Position numbers and translations under genes: made by a program. Shown piece by piece: positions 11,013-21,887 of a DNA stretch of 64,000 bases (positions within the stretch are counted from its first letter, which is position 1; each line of letters starts with the position of its first letter). The notes below the pieces were generated by a model, which saw nothing but the letters and a program-made list of their open reading frames with translations, had not been told where the DNA came from and did not search any database. The DNA is from Truepera sp. (lineage in GTDB: Bacteria > Deinococcota > Deinococci > Deinococcales > Trueperaceae), in assembly GCA_965218435.1 (NCBI GenBank), contig CBDCKW010000009.1:2656001-2720000 (forward strand), written 5' to 3'.

Positions 11013-11531
11013 CTTTTAAGTTTAGCCCGCTACCGGCACAAATTGCGGAATGCCTGCTAAGGTTTTGGCGGCTCCTCTTACTTAACCGGTTTAAGTCAGC
11101 AGCCGACGTAAAACAAAACCCGCCTGCCGAGACCGAGACCTTCTCGGTTGCCTAACCGGTCTCAGCTGTAACGTCAGCTGTTTTTGCTGTGACCGAGTAG
11201 AAACCCAGCCCATCACTACCACAGAGTTGGCGTAAACAGTGCCTCAGCCTCAGCCAGCTCGAGCCGAATGTTGCAGTTATGCAGCGTTGCAGCAAAATGT
11301 AAGTTTTTTACTTTACGGCGGCAAATTCGAAAAATCTAACATCTTGATTTATTAAGCTTAGATTAAGGTACATAGCGAAGAGGGGTTCCCCACCCCTTGC
11401 TAAGCAGTACCTTCTGTTCTCTTGGGCACTCGGAGCAGAACGCAACCGGCCGAGGGGAGTGATCCGCACTCGCCTTACACCACACAGCCCGGCCTGATCA
11501 AAGGTCCAACATCACTTGGGGTGGAGGAACG

Positions 11532-13115
11532 ATGATGTCCATTAGAGGTTACTTATTAAGCTCACTTGTCCTGCTCGCGGCTTGTAGCAGCGGTCTCGAG
11601 CAGGGTCCCGAACTAGAGACACAAGCAGCCGCGAAGACCATAGAGATTCCGCTCTCAAACAATGCCGATGACGCCGAACAAAACGGCTCGAGGCTTGTCA
11701 ACAACGGCAAGGCGCTCGACTTTTCGCAAAACCAGCAGACCGTCGCGCTACGTTTTAGCAACGTCAAGATTCCACAAGGGGCCAAGATCAAAGCGGCCAC
11801 GATCAGCTTTACCGCTATCGCCGCCGACTCAGCGCCGGTCAAGCTGCAAGTCAGAGCTGAGAATACCGACAACGCCGCGCCTTTTGGTAACAGCGTCAGT
11901 GACAGAGCACGAACCTCAGCGGTCGCAGCTTGGAATCCCAAACCCTGGCACAGAGGTCTTGCAATCCGTACTTGGAACCTGAGCAGCGTCGTTCAAGAGG
12001 TTGTTTCACGTGGCGGTTGGAACTCCGGCAACGCTCTAGCGTTTTATGTCACCGGTGACCGCAACGTCAAGCGTTCGGCGTACGCAAGGGATAAGAGCAG
12101 CAGCCGTACACCACGTCTTAAAATCACCTTTGAACCCAGCCTTAGACCCGACGCAGACCCGGAGCCTGAACCAGGGGCACCTGAGGGGCCAAACGTATCC
12201 TCGTCTTCGTGTTTAAGTAGCGGTGTCACTCGCAAGCTCAGCGGCAACTACCCCTCTAGAGTATTTATTAGAAACGGCAAGAACGCTGTGATTGACGCCC
12301 GCGAGGCCAAACTGCTGGCGAGGAGGTCGGCGTTTTTAGCGGAAGACAACAGCTCACTGTGTCTCTCCGGCGGCTTTCTCGACAACGGCTTAAGTGACGA
12401 CACCGATTGGGACACCTTCCATAGCTCGCCTGGTCTGCTCTTTTACGATACGCCCAAGGCGACGGTCGAAAACATGACGATTATTCATACCGGCGACGGC
12501 ATCACCTTTAAGAACAACAATCCCAACTGGCTGTTCCGCAACTCGTATATTCGCCACGCCGGGGATGACGGGGTGGAAAACGACCGCTTTAACGACGGCA
12601 CGGTTGACGATGTACTGATTGACTGGGCGTATACCGGCCTATCGTGCCGTAAAGAGCAGAAAGATGCCAGGAACGTCAACTACAGCTTTAAGGTGCAAAA
12701 CACGCTGCTCGCGCTGAAACCACAAAAAGGGACGTATGGTCGGTCTCGCGGGGGCAGCGGCCCAGCCAGCCACAACGAACTTTTCAAGGTCACCAAGGAA
12801 GTTACCAAAGGCTGCCGACTCGTACTGAGAGACAATGTGTTCTTAATCTCGGGCTACGCCGGGAAGGTCGATCCGTCGGAAGATCCTAGAGTCAAGTACG
12901 ACATCCTCGACCGGGGTGCGTGCCGCGGACACAAAAACACGATCGTCTATACCGGGGGTGAAAGCTGGTACTTAAAAGAGCTGCGCGAAGCTGCGCCGGA
13001 ATGCTTTGACGTGACGACCGACTTAGGTGTCTGGAAAACGGCTCGGGCCAGGTGGTTTGATAGGCATCCGCAGTTCGCTAAATACCGGAATAATGAGCCT
13101 AGAGGAGCACGCTAG
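11532..13115 (+). CDS. Lipoprotein with an N-terminal beta-rich module (DDAEQ motif) and a C-terminal pectin-lyase-like beta-helix
   Basis: Lipobox LLAAC, ELETQ linker, Pro/Glu-rich linker, GDG..NSYIRHAGDDGVEND beta-helix repeats; SD GGAGG. Confidence 0.65.
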   Translation: MMSIRGYLLSSLVLLAACSSGLEQGPELETQAAAKTIEIPLSNNADDAEQNGSRLVNNGKALDFSQNQQTVALRFSNVKIPQGAKIKAATISFTAIAADSAPVKLQVRAENTDNAAPFGNSVSDRARTSAVAAWNPKPWHRGLAIRTWNLSSVVQEVVSRGGWNSGNALAFYVTGDRNVKRSAYARDKSSSRTPRLKITFEPSLRPDADPEPEPGAPEGPNVSSSSCLSSGVTRKLSGNYPSRVFIRNGKNAVIDAREAKLLARRSAFLAEDNSSLCLSGGFLDNGLSDDTDWDTFHSSPGLLFYDTPKATVENMTIIHTGDGITFKNNNPNWLFRNSYIRHAGDDGVENDRFNDGTVDDVLIDWAYTGLSCRKEQKDARNVNYSFKVQNTLLALKPQKGTYGRSRGGSGPASHNELFKVTKEVTKGCRLVLRDNVFLISGYAGKVDPSEDPRVKYDILDRGACRGHKNTIVYTGGESWYLKELREAAPECFDVTTDLGVWKTARARWFDRHPQFAKYRNNEPRGAR

Positions 13116-13158
13116 CTAACTCACAGCTGCTAATAAAAAGCTACTGACAAAAACCTTA

Positions 13159-13195
13159 GACTAGAGAAGCGCCTTACACACGCGCTTCTCTAGTC
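13159..13195. terminator. Stem-loop downstream of the lipoprotein gene
   Basis: Perfect 14-bp stem GACTAGAGAAGCGC / GCGCTTCTCTAGTC. Confidence 0.65.
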
Positions 13196-13273
13196 GGGTA
13201 TAAGAATCGGGAAGTGGCTATGGCTACTGCCGTTGAGGTTTTCTCCGGCAGCGGCTGTGCTACGCTCGAGCCT

Positions 13274-15109
13274 ATGCTCAGAGTCGCCAAGGTTTTGCTA
13301 TTGGGTTATCTGACCTGTTCTGCATTAGGGCTTGCGCAATCTGCACAACCGGCGGCCTCTTCAGCGGTCTTCGAGCAGTGCCTCAACCTAAACGAAAAAG
13401 ACCTCCGCAGCGAACTGAGAACACTGACCCGACAATTCTTCAGCGCCGAGCTGAGCGCCGTAGACCTGCCCCGGATGGTTGAAAATAAGTGGCTCGAGCT
13501 GGGGCTGCCTGATTTGCTCGAGACCGAAGTCAACCGCGCGGTAGAGAGTGTTCGTCAAGATACGGGACTAACCCGCCGTCTTACCTCGAGCTTTTCTCCT
13601 GCCCAAGCCACCGAACTCGCGCAGCAGATCGCCAACCGAGCGTTTACGTCCGAGGCTTTACGCACCCGGTTAGAAACCCTAGCCGGTGAAGTCGCCGATG
13701 ATTTTACCCAAAGTTTTACGTCGGCCGCGGCGCGTAGCGCGTCCTCGGCAACCGAGTGCGTCCAGACCTATCTCGGCAACACCTACGGCAACGCTGTCGT
13801 TACAGCTTACGGACAAGAAATTCAGGCGCAGGTCGAAGCCACCGGGACTGAAGCCTTGACCAAGGACTTTCAACCTGACATTTTGGGTGTGAGAAGCGGC
13901 GTCGGGGTTGCCAGCATCGCGGGGGGCTACGTCGCCAGGGCAGTCGCGCGGCGTCTCAGCACGCAGATTTCCAGGCGCGTCGCCGGAAATATCGCAGCGC
14001 GCATTTTAGGACGCGCCGGTTCGTCGGTCATTCCGGTGATCGGTTGGGCTGTTGGAGGTGGCCTTATTGCTTGGGACATCTACAGCAGTTTTACCCGAGG
14101 GCCTTTCCTCGCTATTAGCCGCCAGCTTTCCGGTGAAGAAACGCAGCGGCAGATTCAGGAAGAAATTGCAAACTCGTTGCGTGAAGATATACCAACCGTC
14201 AGCACAGAACTTTCAGCGGGCATCGCCAACGAAGTTTTTACGCAGTGGCAGAGTTTTACCCAGAACTTCAGGGTTGTCCTTGATTTGGCAAGGCGTAACG
14301 CGGCGTTTCGCCAAGACCTCGGCAAAGTTCCCGACATTGACCTCTATAAACTCGCTGAAGTCGTGCGAAACGTTCCTGAACGAGCGGTGCTCGAGGCCAC
14401 CCGAAAAGGTGAACTCCGGCGGGTTGTAGAACTGCCGGAAAGTGCGCTCGAGATTCTCGAGACCTCTGCGTCTATCACCACCGTTTTAGCCTGGGCCGAC
14501 CTCGCCGGAACCCGGTTGGACGATGTGGTAAACACCGAAGTCTACCGCTACAAAGCGCCTACAGATTTTTCGCAAAGGACGCTGACTCGCCTACTAAATA
14601 CGGATAACGTGGTGACGATTGCCGAAGTAGCTGCCTTGCCCAAACAAGATATGGACACTTTGTTAGCGATGCCTACCACGAACCTCAACGCGCTGACAGG
14701 TGAGTTTAATCCGGCTCAGCTGCAAACGGTTGCCTGGTACGCAGGCGCTTTGAATCAGGAACCCTTTAACATGCTTGTAACCAGACTTGTTGAGCGACCC
14801 TCGAGGCTCGAGAAATTCGCGCCGGAAGCTGTGAGAAATGCTGTCGTAAACAGCCGCGAGCCGCTAACTGCCGTGACGTTTTTAGGCAGTGAGACGGGTT
14901 TTGGTTTCCTTGGCTCCGATTTCTTTGGAGGATTCGGGCGTGACCTAGCAACTGTTTTTGCAGGCACAGTTAAAAGCCGACTCTTAACCGTTAAGTATGA
15001 CCTCAGTAGTTTGCTACTACTCATATTCGGCTTTGTTGTTGTGTTCTCCGCTGCGAGAATCTTGTTATTCGTGCTAACACGATTTTTCCGAAAGCGCAAA
15101 CGTACTTAA
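13274..15109 (+). CDS. Hypothetical exported protein with C-terminal membrane anchor
   Basis: Signal peptide from ATG 13274, preceded by TG-c-TACGCT -10; internal Gly-rich hydrophobic segment; C-terminal TM followed by RKRKRT. Confidence 0.7.
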   Translation: MLRVAKVLLLGYLTCSALGLAQSAQPAASSAVFEQCLNLNEKDLRSELRTLTRQFFSAELSAVDLPRMVENKWLELGLPDLLETEVNRAVESVRQDTGLTRRLTSSFSPAQATELAQQIANRAFTSEALRTRLETLAGEVADDFTQSFTSAAARSASSATECVQTYLGNTYGNAVVTAYGQEIQAQVEATGTEALTKDFQPDILGVRSGVGVASIAGGYVARAVARRLSTQISRRVAGNIAARILGRAGSSVIPVIGWAVGGGLIAWDIYSSFTRGPFLAISRQLSGEETQRQIQEEIANSLREDIPTVSTELSAGIANEVFTQWQSFTQNFRVVLDLARRNAAFRQDLGKVPDIDLYKLAEVVRNVPERAVLEATRKGELRRVVELPESALEILETSASITTVLAWADLAGTRLDDVVNTEVYRYKAPTDFSQRTLTRLLNTDNVVTIAEVAALPKQDMDTLLAMPTTNLNALTGEFNPAQLQTVAWYAGALNQEPFNMLVTRLVERPSRLEKFAPEAVRNAVVNSREPLTAVTFLGSETGFGFLGSDFFGGFGRDLATVFAGTVKSRLLTVKYDLSSLLLLIFGFVVVFSAARILLFVLTRFFRKRKRT

Positions 15110-15420
15110 TGCTCTACACCCCTGAAACCCTGCCGCAAAACGTCGAGCTCGGCGAGCTGTTAACCGTTTGTACGGTCAGCGCGGCAAACGTCGTTAAAGA
15201 CCTCCGTGAAAATGTCCGTAATTTAGTCGGCGGTGAGATGAAGCACTACGAGGCGCTGATTGACAAGACGCTCGAGCGGGCGCTTGCGAGGCTCGAGCAA
15301 AAAGCTGCTGAACGGGGCTACGACGGCGTGCTGGGCGTCAGAATCGTCAGCCCCAAAGTTGTCGAAGGAGGAGTCGAAATTATTGTTTACGGGAACGGGT
15401 TTAGCGTTGTTAAACCTTAG
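15109..15420 (+). CDS. YbjQ/UPF0145 putative heavy-metal-binding protein
   Basis: [22 protein letters not shown] and [13 protein letters not shown] coupling to the upstream gene. Confidence 0.85.
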   Translation: MLYTPETLPQNVELGELLTVCTVSAANVVKDLRENVRNLVGGEMKHYEALIDKTLERALARLEQKAAERGYDGVLGVRIVSPKVVEGGVEIIVYGNGFSVVKP

Positions 15421-15429
15421 GCAGGCAGA

Positions 15430-16353
15430 TCAAGAACTGTAAACGCCGTAAACCGCTTTAGGGATCAGTACCAGCCGCTCGACCGGGCGCAAGTACGCCC
15501 GCCGCGTCAGGTTATCGAAACCATTTTGCCGTAATTTTTGCAAAATACCTTCGTAGTTGAGGGCCGCCACGCCGACGGCGGTCGCCGCCACGCCGTTGAG
15601 TTTCGGAATGCCCTGCCAACCCTGGCGGTAAAGGGCCGCAGCATACTCGGAAAGTTCTTCCAAAAGCGCGACGTAACCGGGCGTTACTACTCCGGCGGCA
15701 AGTTCTGAACGCGTGACGCCATGTTTTTCTAAAAGTTCACGTGGCAAGTAGCAGCGCCCCATCCGCAAATCTTCGCCGACGTCGCGGAGGATATTGGTCA
15801 GCTGCATCGCCTCACCGAGCGCGAGGGCGCACTCTAGCGTTTCGTTGCCGCCTCGGTAGCCTGCAACCGGCGCGACCAACAGCCCGACCACCCCGGCAAC
15901 CCGGCGGCAGTAGAGCATCAGCTCAGCCATTGTTTCAAAACACTGTTCGGACAGGTCGGACTCGAGCCCCAAGTACAGCTCATCAAACGCGCTTTTAGGG
16001 ACGTTAAAACGTTCTAATACCCAGTGCAGCCCGACCTCTAAAAATGCGCCCGTGTGCGGTGTCCCGGCGTAGGCACGTTCGATGTGCTCTTGCCATACCA
16101 GCAGCCGAGAATGCGCCGCTTCGGATGACGGAGCTTCGTCAACGGCGTCGTCCCCACTCCGGCACACGGCGTAGACAACCGAAACTGCTTGGCGTTCGGT
16201 GGGGGGAAAAAGCCGAGAACCAAGATAAAAGGTGCTCGAGTGTGCCCGGGTTAGCTGCGTACAGTACGCTACCGCGTCCTCCGCCGTCCATATCTGCGCC
16301 AGACTGTGTGGACGTACATCCCTGGGTTTTGTCACTCGGCCTCCAAACACCAC
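15430..16353 (-). CDS. crtB: Phytoene synthase
   Basis: HSSTFYLGS, YAVCRSGDDAVD, YCRRVAGVVG and AMQLTNILRDVGED motifs. Confidence 0.93.
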   Translation of the reverse strand: MVFGGRVTKPRDVRPHSLAQIWTAEDAVAYCTQLTRAHSSTFYLGSRLFPPTERQAVSVVYAVCRSGDDAVDEAPSSEAAHSRLLVWQEHIERAYAGTPHTGAFLEVGLHWVLERFNVPKSAFDELYLGLESDLSEQCFETMAELMLYCRRVAGVVGLLVAPVAGYRGGNETLECALALGEAMQLTNILRDVGEDLRMGRCYLPRELLEKHGVTRSELAAGVVTPGYVALLEELSEYAAALYRQGWQGIPKLNGVAATAVGVAALNYEGILQKLRQNGFDNLTRRAYLRPVERLVLIPKAVYGVYSS

Positions 16354-16558
16354 TTACTTTTATGCTCCCACATCTACCGGGCTGCAGACAACAGCGTATC
16401 TCACGGTCTTATGACAGTTCCGCTTACTACACCACTACGCATTTGTTACGCCGCCCAACGCCTGTGCAGCGCCAGCTACTTCCGCACGATACCGTGATTG
16501 TGTGCTAAGGCAACTGTTTAACTGGAGATAGTAGCCGACAACCTTTCGGGTGCAGCCT

Positions 16559-17812
16559 TTACGAATGACCTACGCGGCCCAGCTGAGGAGCGCCGTAACG
16601 CGTTTTCACGTACTCGTCTAACATCTGATTAAACTCTGGGACAATTTGCTTGCCCTGCAAGACGCCGACAAACTGTCCGTCACGGTAGACCGGTGCGCGC
16701 GGGTCCTCGCCGGTTCCCGGCAGCGAAATGCCGATGTCGGCGTGCTTCGACTCACCGGGGCCGTTGACTACGCAGCCCATCACCGCGACTTTGAGCCCTT
16801 CGACCCCCGGATACTGCTCTTTCCAGCTCGGCATCTGCGCTTTGAGATACGCCTGAATATCACGGGCCATCTCTTGAAACAGGGTGCTCGTCGTCCGACC
16901 GCAGCCAGGGCAAGCGGTCACCGTGGGGGCAAATTTGCGTAGGTCGAGCGCCGCTAAAATCTCCTGCGCCGCCTCGACCTCGCGGATACGCGGCGCACCC
17001 GGTTCAGGGGTAAGCGACACACGGATGGTATCGCCGATGCCTTCAGCGAGCAACACGCTGAGACCCGCCGTACTTGCAACCACCCCTTTAACCCCCATCC
17101 CCGCTTCGGTCAGACCCAAGTGCAGCGGATAATCACAGCGAGCTGCGAGCAGCCGGTAGACCTCCCAGAGGTCACGGGCGTTCGAGACTTTGGCAGACAG
17201 GATGATCTTGTCGTGCCCCAACCCGCGCGTCTCGGCGAGTTCAGCCGAAAGCAGCGCAGACTGGAGCATCGCTTCGATCATCACGTCGCGGGCGTCTTTG
17301 GGCGTGGCCGACGCTGCGTTGAGGTCCATCAGTTTGGTTAAGAGCTGCGCGTCTAAAGAGCCCCAGTTGACGCCGATCCGCACAGGTTTGTCATGGTCTT
17401 TGGCGACCTCTATCATCGTCACAAAGTTCTCGTCATGGCGTTTGCCGGTGCCGACGTTGCCGGGGTTGATCCGGTATTTGTCCAGCGCGGCAGCTGCTTG
17501 CGGAAACTCACGGAGCAACACGTGGCCGTTAAAGTGAAAGTCGCCGACGAGCGGCACGTCTAGGCCCTGCTCAGTCAACCTCGCTTTAATCTCCGGGACG
17601 GCCTGCGCCGCCGCTTTGTTATTGACGGTAATGCGGACGATCTCGCTCCCGGCGTGGTAGAGCTGCGCCACTTGCAGCGTGGTCGCTGCGGCGTCGGCGG
17701 TATCGGTATTGGTCATCGACTGCACCACGATAGGGTGCGCCGACCCGATGGGAACGCCCCCGACGTAGCAAGTCACAGTTTCGCGGCGGTAAGTCATACC
17801 CAGACTAGTCAT
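16559..17812 (-). CDS. ispG: (E)-4-hydroxy-3-methylbut-2-enyl-diphosphate synthase
   Basis: [40 protein letters not shown] and [11 protein letters not shown] motifs. Confidence 0.97.
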   Translation of the reverse strand: MTSLGMTYRRETVTCYVGGVPIGSAHPIVVQSMTNTDTADAAATTLQVAQLYHAGSEIVRITVNNKAAAQAVPEIKARLTEQGLDVPLVGDFHFNGHVLLREFPQAAAALDKYRINPGNVGTGKRHDENFVTMIEVAKDHDKPVRIGVNWGSLDAQLLTKLMDLNAASATPKDARDVMIEAMLQSALLSAELAETRGLGHDKIILSAKVSNARDLWEVYRLLAARCDYPLHLGLTEAGMGVKGVVASTAGLSVLLAEGIGDTIRVSLTPEPGAPRIREVEAAQEILAALDLRKFAPTVTACPGCGRTTSTLFQEMARDIQAYLKAQMPSWKEQYPGVEGLKVAVMGCVVNGPGESKHADIGISLPGTGEDPRAPVYRDGQFVGVLQGKQIVPEFNQMLDEYVKTRYGAPQLGRVGHS

Positions 17813-17872
17813 AAAGCCAGTGTACCGAGTGAGGGCCCCGAAACGCGTCAGTTAAAGGTAGATAGGATTAAA

Positions 17873-18199
17873 TTATTTGAACTGCTGAACCCGGGTTGTC
17901 CGCCGCAGCTTGGTCGGGGAGTGCCGACGCTCAGTCAGTTTTGAACTTACCAGCAAACCGCTAAACATCGCAAGACCAAAAATCAGCAGCGGCAACGCCG
18001 TATAGCGTTCACCCAGGTAGAGTCCCGATATAGCAAAAAAGACGCCGGTTATAATAGCTGTCGCCCGTTTGCGTCTTAGCCCCAGAGCTAAAACAGCGCC
18101 GCCGAACACGCACAGCGCCAAGATAAGCCCCGGCAAGACGTAACCCGACATGACAGCGTTGTGAAAAAGCGCCGCAACCTCTTCTGTAGTCACAACCAC
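17873..18199 (-). CDS. Small hypothetical membrane protein
   Basis: Three hydrophobic segments; TATTAT -10 five nt before GTG. Confidence 0.55.
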   Translation of the reverse strand: MVVTTEEVAALFHNAVMSGYVLPGLILALCVFGGAVLALGLRRKRATAIITGVFFAISGLYLGERYTALPLLIFGLAMFSGLLVSSKLTERRHSPTKLRRTTRVQQFK

Positions 18200-18242
18200 A
18201 CTCTATAATAAGTTGAGGTAATCAGAACGAAATTATTTCACA

Positions 18243-18272
18243 AAAAATCCTCACTCGAGTTTTGAGTGAGGG
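18243..18272 (-). terminator. Intrinsic terminator after osmC
   Basis: CCTCACTC/GAGTGAGG stem followed by a T-run on the minus strand. Confidence 0.7.
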
Positions 18273-18291
18273 TTAAAACCTTTAAGTTTTG

Positions 18292-18708
18292 TCAGACAAG
18301 TTTGGCCTCGAGCTTAATGTCAAGTGCCGCTAACGCCTTGGAGACCGGGCAGTTTTTCTTCGCGTCTTCGGCGTAGTTTTGAAACTCGTCTGCGCTCAGG
18401 CCCGGAACCTTGCCCTCAGTCTGGAGGGAGACTTCAGTGATCTCCAAACCGTCCATCTTCACGTTCGCCACCGTTTTTACGTGGTCGGCGGTATGACCCG
18501 CTTCGGCGAGCATGTTGGCGAGCGCCATCGAATAGCAGCCCGCGTGCGCCGCGCCGATAAGTTCTTCGGGGTTGGTACCGGTACCCTCTTCAAAGCGCGA
18601 CTTGTACGAATACTGCGCGTCGAAGGTGCCGCTCTGCACCGTCACGTCACCTTTGCCTGACTTGAGATCGCCGTTCCACTGGGCTGTACCTTTACGGGTA
18701 AGTGCCAT
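18292..18708 (-). CDS. osmC: OsmC family peroxiredoxin
   Basis: [19 protein letters not shown] and [11 protein letters not shown] motifs. Confidence 0.93.
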   Translation of the reverse strand: MALTRKGTAQWNGDLKSGKGDVTVQSGTFDAQYSYKSRFEEGTGTNPEELIGAAHAGCYSMALANMLAEAGHTADHVKTVANVKMDGLEITEVSLQTEGKVPGLSADEFQNYAEDAKKNCPVSKALAALDIKLEAKLV

Positions 18709-18796
18709 AATAATAGCTCCTTTTCTGTGAGAGTCTAACGCGGGGGCCGGGACCTAAACTGTATAGTTCGATACCAGCGGCGTTTAGACCATACAT

Positions 18797-19282
18797 CTAG
18801 ACAGCGTGGGTCATCTGCCGAATCGCGCCCAGGTGGTACGCCGCGTGCGGCGTAAAGGCCAGCATGACCGTCAGCATCTGCTCGCCTACAAGCTCCTGCT
18901 GATTCTGAAGCGCGTAGTGAAGCGCCTCGTACTCGCCTCTCAGGTCGGCGCGGAGTTTGTCCCAAGTAGCGGCGTCTACCGTATGCACCGTCCAGCTTTC
19001 CGCCCAGTTCAGCTGCGGCGTTTCGCCCCGCGTGTAGGCGTTGGCTACAGCCAGACTCCAGCGCAGATGTTCGGTGTGCGCGGCGACGGTTGAGCCACTC
19101 GGTTGCCGTCTCGAGGCAGCTTCGGCGCTCACGGAGTCAAGCGTTCCCAAAATACCGGAATCCGGTTCATTACCGATAAACCAAGTGTAGGCGTGGTTGG
19201 GGCCGGTGTAAGCTTCACTAAACAGCTCAGCGAGGATTTTAGTCAAGGTTTCGTTAGGAACGCTTTTCGTAGATGTCGTCAT
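18797..19282 (-). CDS. DinB/YfiT family protein
   Basis: TVAAHTEHL and C-terminal HAAYHLGAIRQ His motif. Confidence 0.8.
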   Translation of the reverse strand: MTTSTKSVPNETLTKILAELFSEAYTGPNHAYTWFIGNEPDSGILGTLDSVSAEAASRRQPSGSTVAAHTEHLRWSLAVANAYTRGETPQLNWAESWTVHTVDAATWDKLRADLRGEYEALHYALQNQQELVGEQMLTVMLAFTPHAAYHLGAIRQMTHAV

Positions 19283-19659
19283 GGTTTTGCCTCGAAATGC
19301 GGGTTATAGATAATGCCGAGCGCATTACCAAACGGGTCTTTGACCAGCGCCGTTTTAATTCCATCACCGACATCTTCAACTTGACTAATGACCGTTGCAC
19401 CAAGCTCGAGCAACCTCTTAAACGCAGCTTCGATATCATCTACTCGCCAGTACGGAACGCTGCCACCTAAACCGTCGCCCAAACCTTGCAAGGTCTCGCT
19501 GCGGCCGGGTTGCAGGCCGAGTTCGTAACCGCCGACGTCAAACCCGACATAAAAGGGTTCGTCAAAATAAGGCTGGACGCCTAACACTTGGCTGTACCAG
19601 GCTTTGGCTTTTTCAAGGTCGGGGGCGTCATAGATGGCAGTGACTAACTGTTTGAACAT
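19279..19659 (-). CDS. VOC/glyoxalase family protein
   Basis: DLEKAKAWY, YVGFDVGGYELGL and KDPFGNALG motifs. Confidence 0.88.
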   Translation of the reverse strand: MFKQLVTAIYDAPDLEKAKAWYSQVLGVQPYFDEPFYVGFDVGGYELGLQPGRSETLQGLGDGLGGSVPYWRVDDIEAAFKRLLELGATVISQVEDVGDGIKTALVKDPFGNALGIIYNPHFEAKP

Positions 19660-19708
19660 AGGGGCTCCTTAAAATGCGTTTTCCAGCTAAACCGAGTTCG
19701 TAAAACGT

Positions 19709-20113
19709 TTAGGCATCTCCTCCGAGACTGTACTCGAGCACATACCCATGCTCTCTCCCGCTCACTTCTATCGTCATCCGTCCCTCGAGCCCCACCAACT
19801 CACCCGTCCCCGAATCCGGCACGACGGTAACGCTCTGCTCGCCCTTGCCACGGGTCATGGTGCTCGAGTGTTGCAGTACAAACGTTCCCTTTTTCCCCTG
19901 CAACGTAGCGGTAATCTTTTCAATCGCAACGTAACCCGCCGAGCCTTGCGTGTCGGTTCTGGCACTCAGCATTTCGCCTTGGCTCGTTCCCGTTAAGTCG
20001 CCGGTAAACGTCTTGTTGATAGACAACCTACTTAGCAAAGGACTTGCTGCTTCGTCCGTTAGGGGTTGAGGTTTTAGGTCTACGCTGAAAGTTCCGGTGG
20101 CGCGGTTTGTCAT
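19709..20113 (-). CDS. DUF3224 family protein
   Basis: KTFTGDLTG, GSAGYVAIE, GTFVLQH and VVPDSGTGELVGL motifs. Confidence 0.85.
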   Translation of the reverse strand: MTNRATGTFSVDLKPQPLTDEAASPLLSRLSINKTFTGDLTGTSQGEMLSARTDTQGSAGYVAIEKITATLQGKKGTFVLQHSSTMTRGKGEQSVTVVPDSGTGELVGLEGRMTIEVSGREHGYVLEYSLGGDA

Positions 20114-20139
20114 GGGGTTCCTCTTTCTAAGTTTGCAGG

Positions 20140-20559
20140 CTAGAGTTTGAAGGTGTACATCACGACCGGTTCAGCCGCCACCTTAAAAGACTCGTAAAAT
20201 CCTTTTGCCTGCCGGTTTGTATCTTCAGCGCCGAGCCAAGCCTCTTCGCAGCCCAGTTTTTTGCCAAGCTCTAACACGGCGTTCAGCAGCTTGGTGGCAA
20301 TCCCCTGCCGCCGCAAGGCAGGTGTGACGCCTATCTCATCAATAAAAAGTTCAGTTGGTTTATCTGGATGCTTGTGAATAACAGCCGCGACTTGCCCTAC
20401 GACCTCGCCAGCTTTAACAGCGACAATCAGGTGATGCGTAGGTTCGGCGAGATAAGCGGTAAGACGCTCCGGGTAGACGGCTTCATCGAACACGTCCTCG
20501 GCAACGCGCTCGAGGACCGCCTCGTCACCCGGCATAAGCCGTTTTATGTGGATGTCCAT
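20140..20559 (-). CDS. GNAT family N-acetyltransferase
   Basis: LFIDEIGVTPALRRQGIA; SD GGAGG before ATG 20559. Confidence 0.85.
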   Translation of the reverse strand: MDIHIKRLMPGDEAVLERVAEDVFDEAVYPERLTAYLAEPTHHLIVAVKAGEVVGQVAAVIHKHPDKPTELFIDEIGVTPALRRQGIATKLLNAVLELGKKLGCEEAWLGAEDTNRQAKGFYESFKVAAEPVVMYTFKL

Positions 20560-20616
20560 GTTCACCTCCGCTCGAGTGCAGTTTGCCCATGTTACTTATC
20601 AATGTCGCCCGCTACT

Positions 20617-20814
20617 TTACAACTCCTTGAAAGCCAAGCCTTTCTCTTCAAGTGCTCCCCTTAGGATTTTTAAGGCTTTTGGTCCCATACCGTGTAACTC
20701 GCTCAGGTCTTCTTCGCTGACGCGGGTGAGGTGCTCGAGCCTAAAGCAGCCCGACCCATGTAGAGCTCTAAGCGCCGGTTGGCTGATTTTCGGAAAGTCG
20801 TTTTCTTGCTCCAC
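20617..20814 (-). CDS. Small helix-hairpin-helix (alpha-CTD-like) protein
   Basis: PALRAL..LSELHGMGPKAL HhH motif. Confidence 0.7.
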   Translation of the reverse strand: MEQENDFPKISQPALRALHGSGCFRLEHLTRVSEEDLSELHGMGPKALKILRGALEEKGLAFKEL

Positions 20815-20816
20815 CG

Positions 20817-21377
20817 TTACTTCTCCTTCACAACACGAAATCTTAACTGAGTTCTTCCCGAAGACTCGGCCACCTTTACTTTTTCCAGCTCAACCGGTTC
20901 CATGTCTAAACCTTCAAAAAGCCGAAGCCCACCGCCTAAAAGAACGGGCATAATGTCGAGCTCGAGTTCATCAACCACGCCCGCTTTGAGGCACTGCCGA
21001 AACGTACTCGCCCCACCGATGACCGTGACATCTTTGTCGCCTGCGGCTGCTTTAGCCTGTGCAACAGCACTTTCAATTCCGTCAGTGACAAAGGTAACCG
21101 TCAATCTTCCATTCTGTTTGGGTAGTTTTTCCGGAACGTTATGCGTCAGCACAAAAATTGGCACTTGATATTCGTAGGTGTCTAAATAAGCATCCGGGTC
21201 GCCCATTGCGTAAGCGCGTCTGCCCATCACGACGGCTCCGGTGTTTTTGATGGATGCTCGCATTGCCTCACTGTTTTGTAGCTCGGCGAAGTCGGAGTAA
21301 AGGCGGCTTACGCTGCCGTTTTTATCGTTGACGAAACCGTCAAGTGAGACGGTCATACCTAGAATGACTTTACTCAT
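20817..21377 (-). CDS. Dihydrofolate reductase / RibD C-terminal family protein
   Basis: SLDGF, VMGRR, IGGA, VDEL and PVLLGGG motifs. Confidence 0.88.
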   Translation of the reverse strand: MSKVILGMTVSLDGFVNDKNGSVSRLYSDFAELQNSEAMRASIKNTGAVVMGRRAYAMGDPDAYLDTYEYQVPIFVLTHNVPEKLPKQNGRLTVTFVTDGIESAVAQAKAAAGDKDVTVIGGASTFRQCLKAGVVDELELDIMPVLLGGGLRLFEGLDMEPVELEKVKVAESSGRTQLRFRVVKEK

Positions 21378-21446
21378 TACGATTTCTCCTTTTACCCCTC
21401 AGCTGTTGACTCAGGATTGATTGACTAGATAGTGATGAGGTAAACA

Positions 21447-21887
21447 TCATCCTCCCAGCAGTTGCGAAACGATTTTGGCAATCCGCCTTTCTCGAGTCTC
21501 CTGCATTTTTGCGTCTTCAACCTGTCGAACGAACTCCTTGCGCTTTGTAAACGCCAACGCCTCAAAGGTTTTTTTGATACCGACTTTGGTAAGCGCGTTT
21601 GATAAATCATCCGGAATCTCAACCGTGCGAGGTTCGGTGTCCAGCTCGAGCGTCACCTCTACGGCCTCCCCCGCTTTAAGCCCTGCGGCTTCACGGTGCG
21701 CTTTACTGAGTGGAATCATAAAGTTGCCACTCATCACCGCGACGGTACTTAGGTAGCTGTAACTGGAGACGTTCACCTTGACGGCAGGCTTTTTGCTTTC
21801 ACCGAGTTCAGTGATGTTTTCAGGCGGCACTTCGATACCCGTGTTACTGCCAATAGCTTTGATTTTAGTGGTAAAGGTTGTCTTCAT
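21447..21887 (-). CDS. DUF1905 + YdeI/OmpD-associated family protein
   Basis: PRTVEIPDDL and AKMQETRERRI motifs. Confidence 0.8.
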   Translation of the reverse strand: MKTTFTTKIKAIGSNTGIEVPPENITELGESKKPAVKVNVSSYSYLSTVAVMSGNFMIPLSKAHREAAGLKAGEAVEVTLELDTEPRTVEIPDDLSNALTKVGIKKTFEALAFTKRKEFVRQVEDAKMQETRERRIAKIVSQLLGG

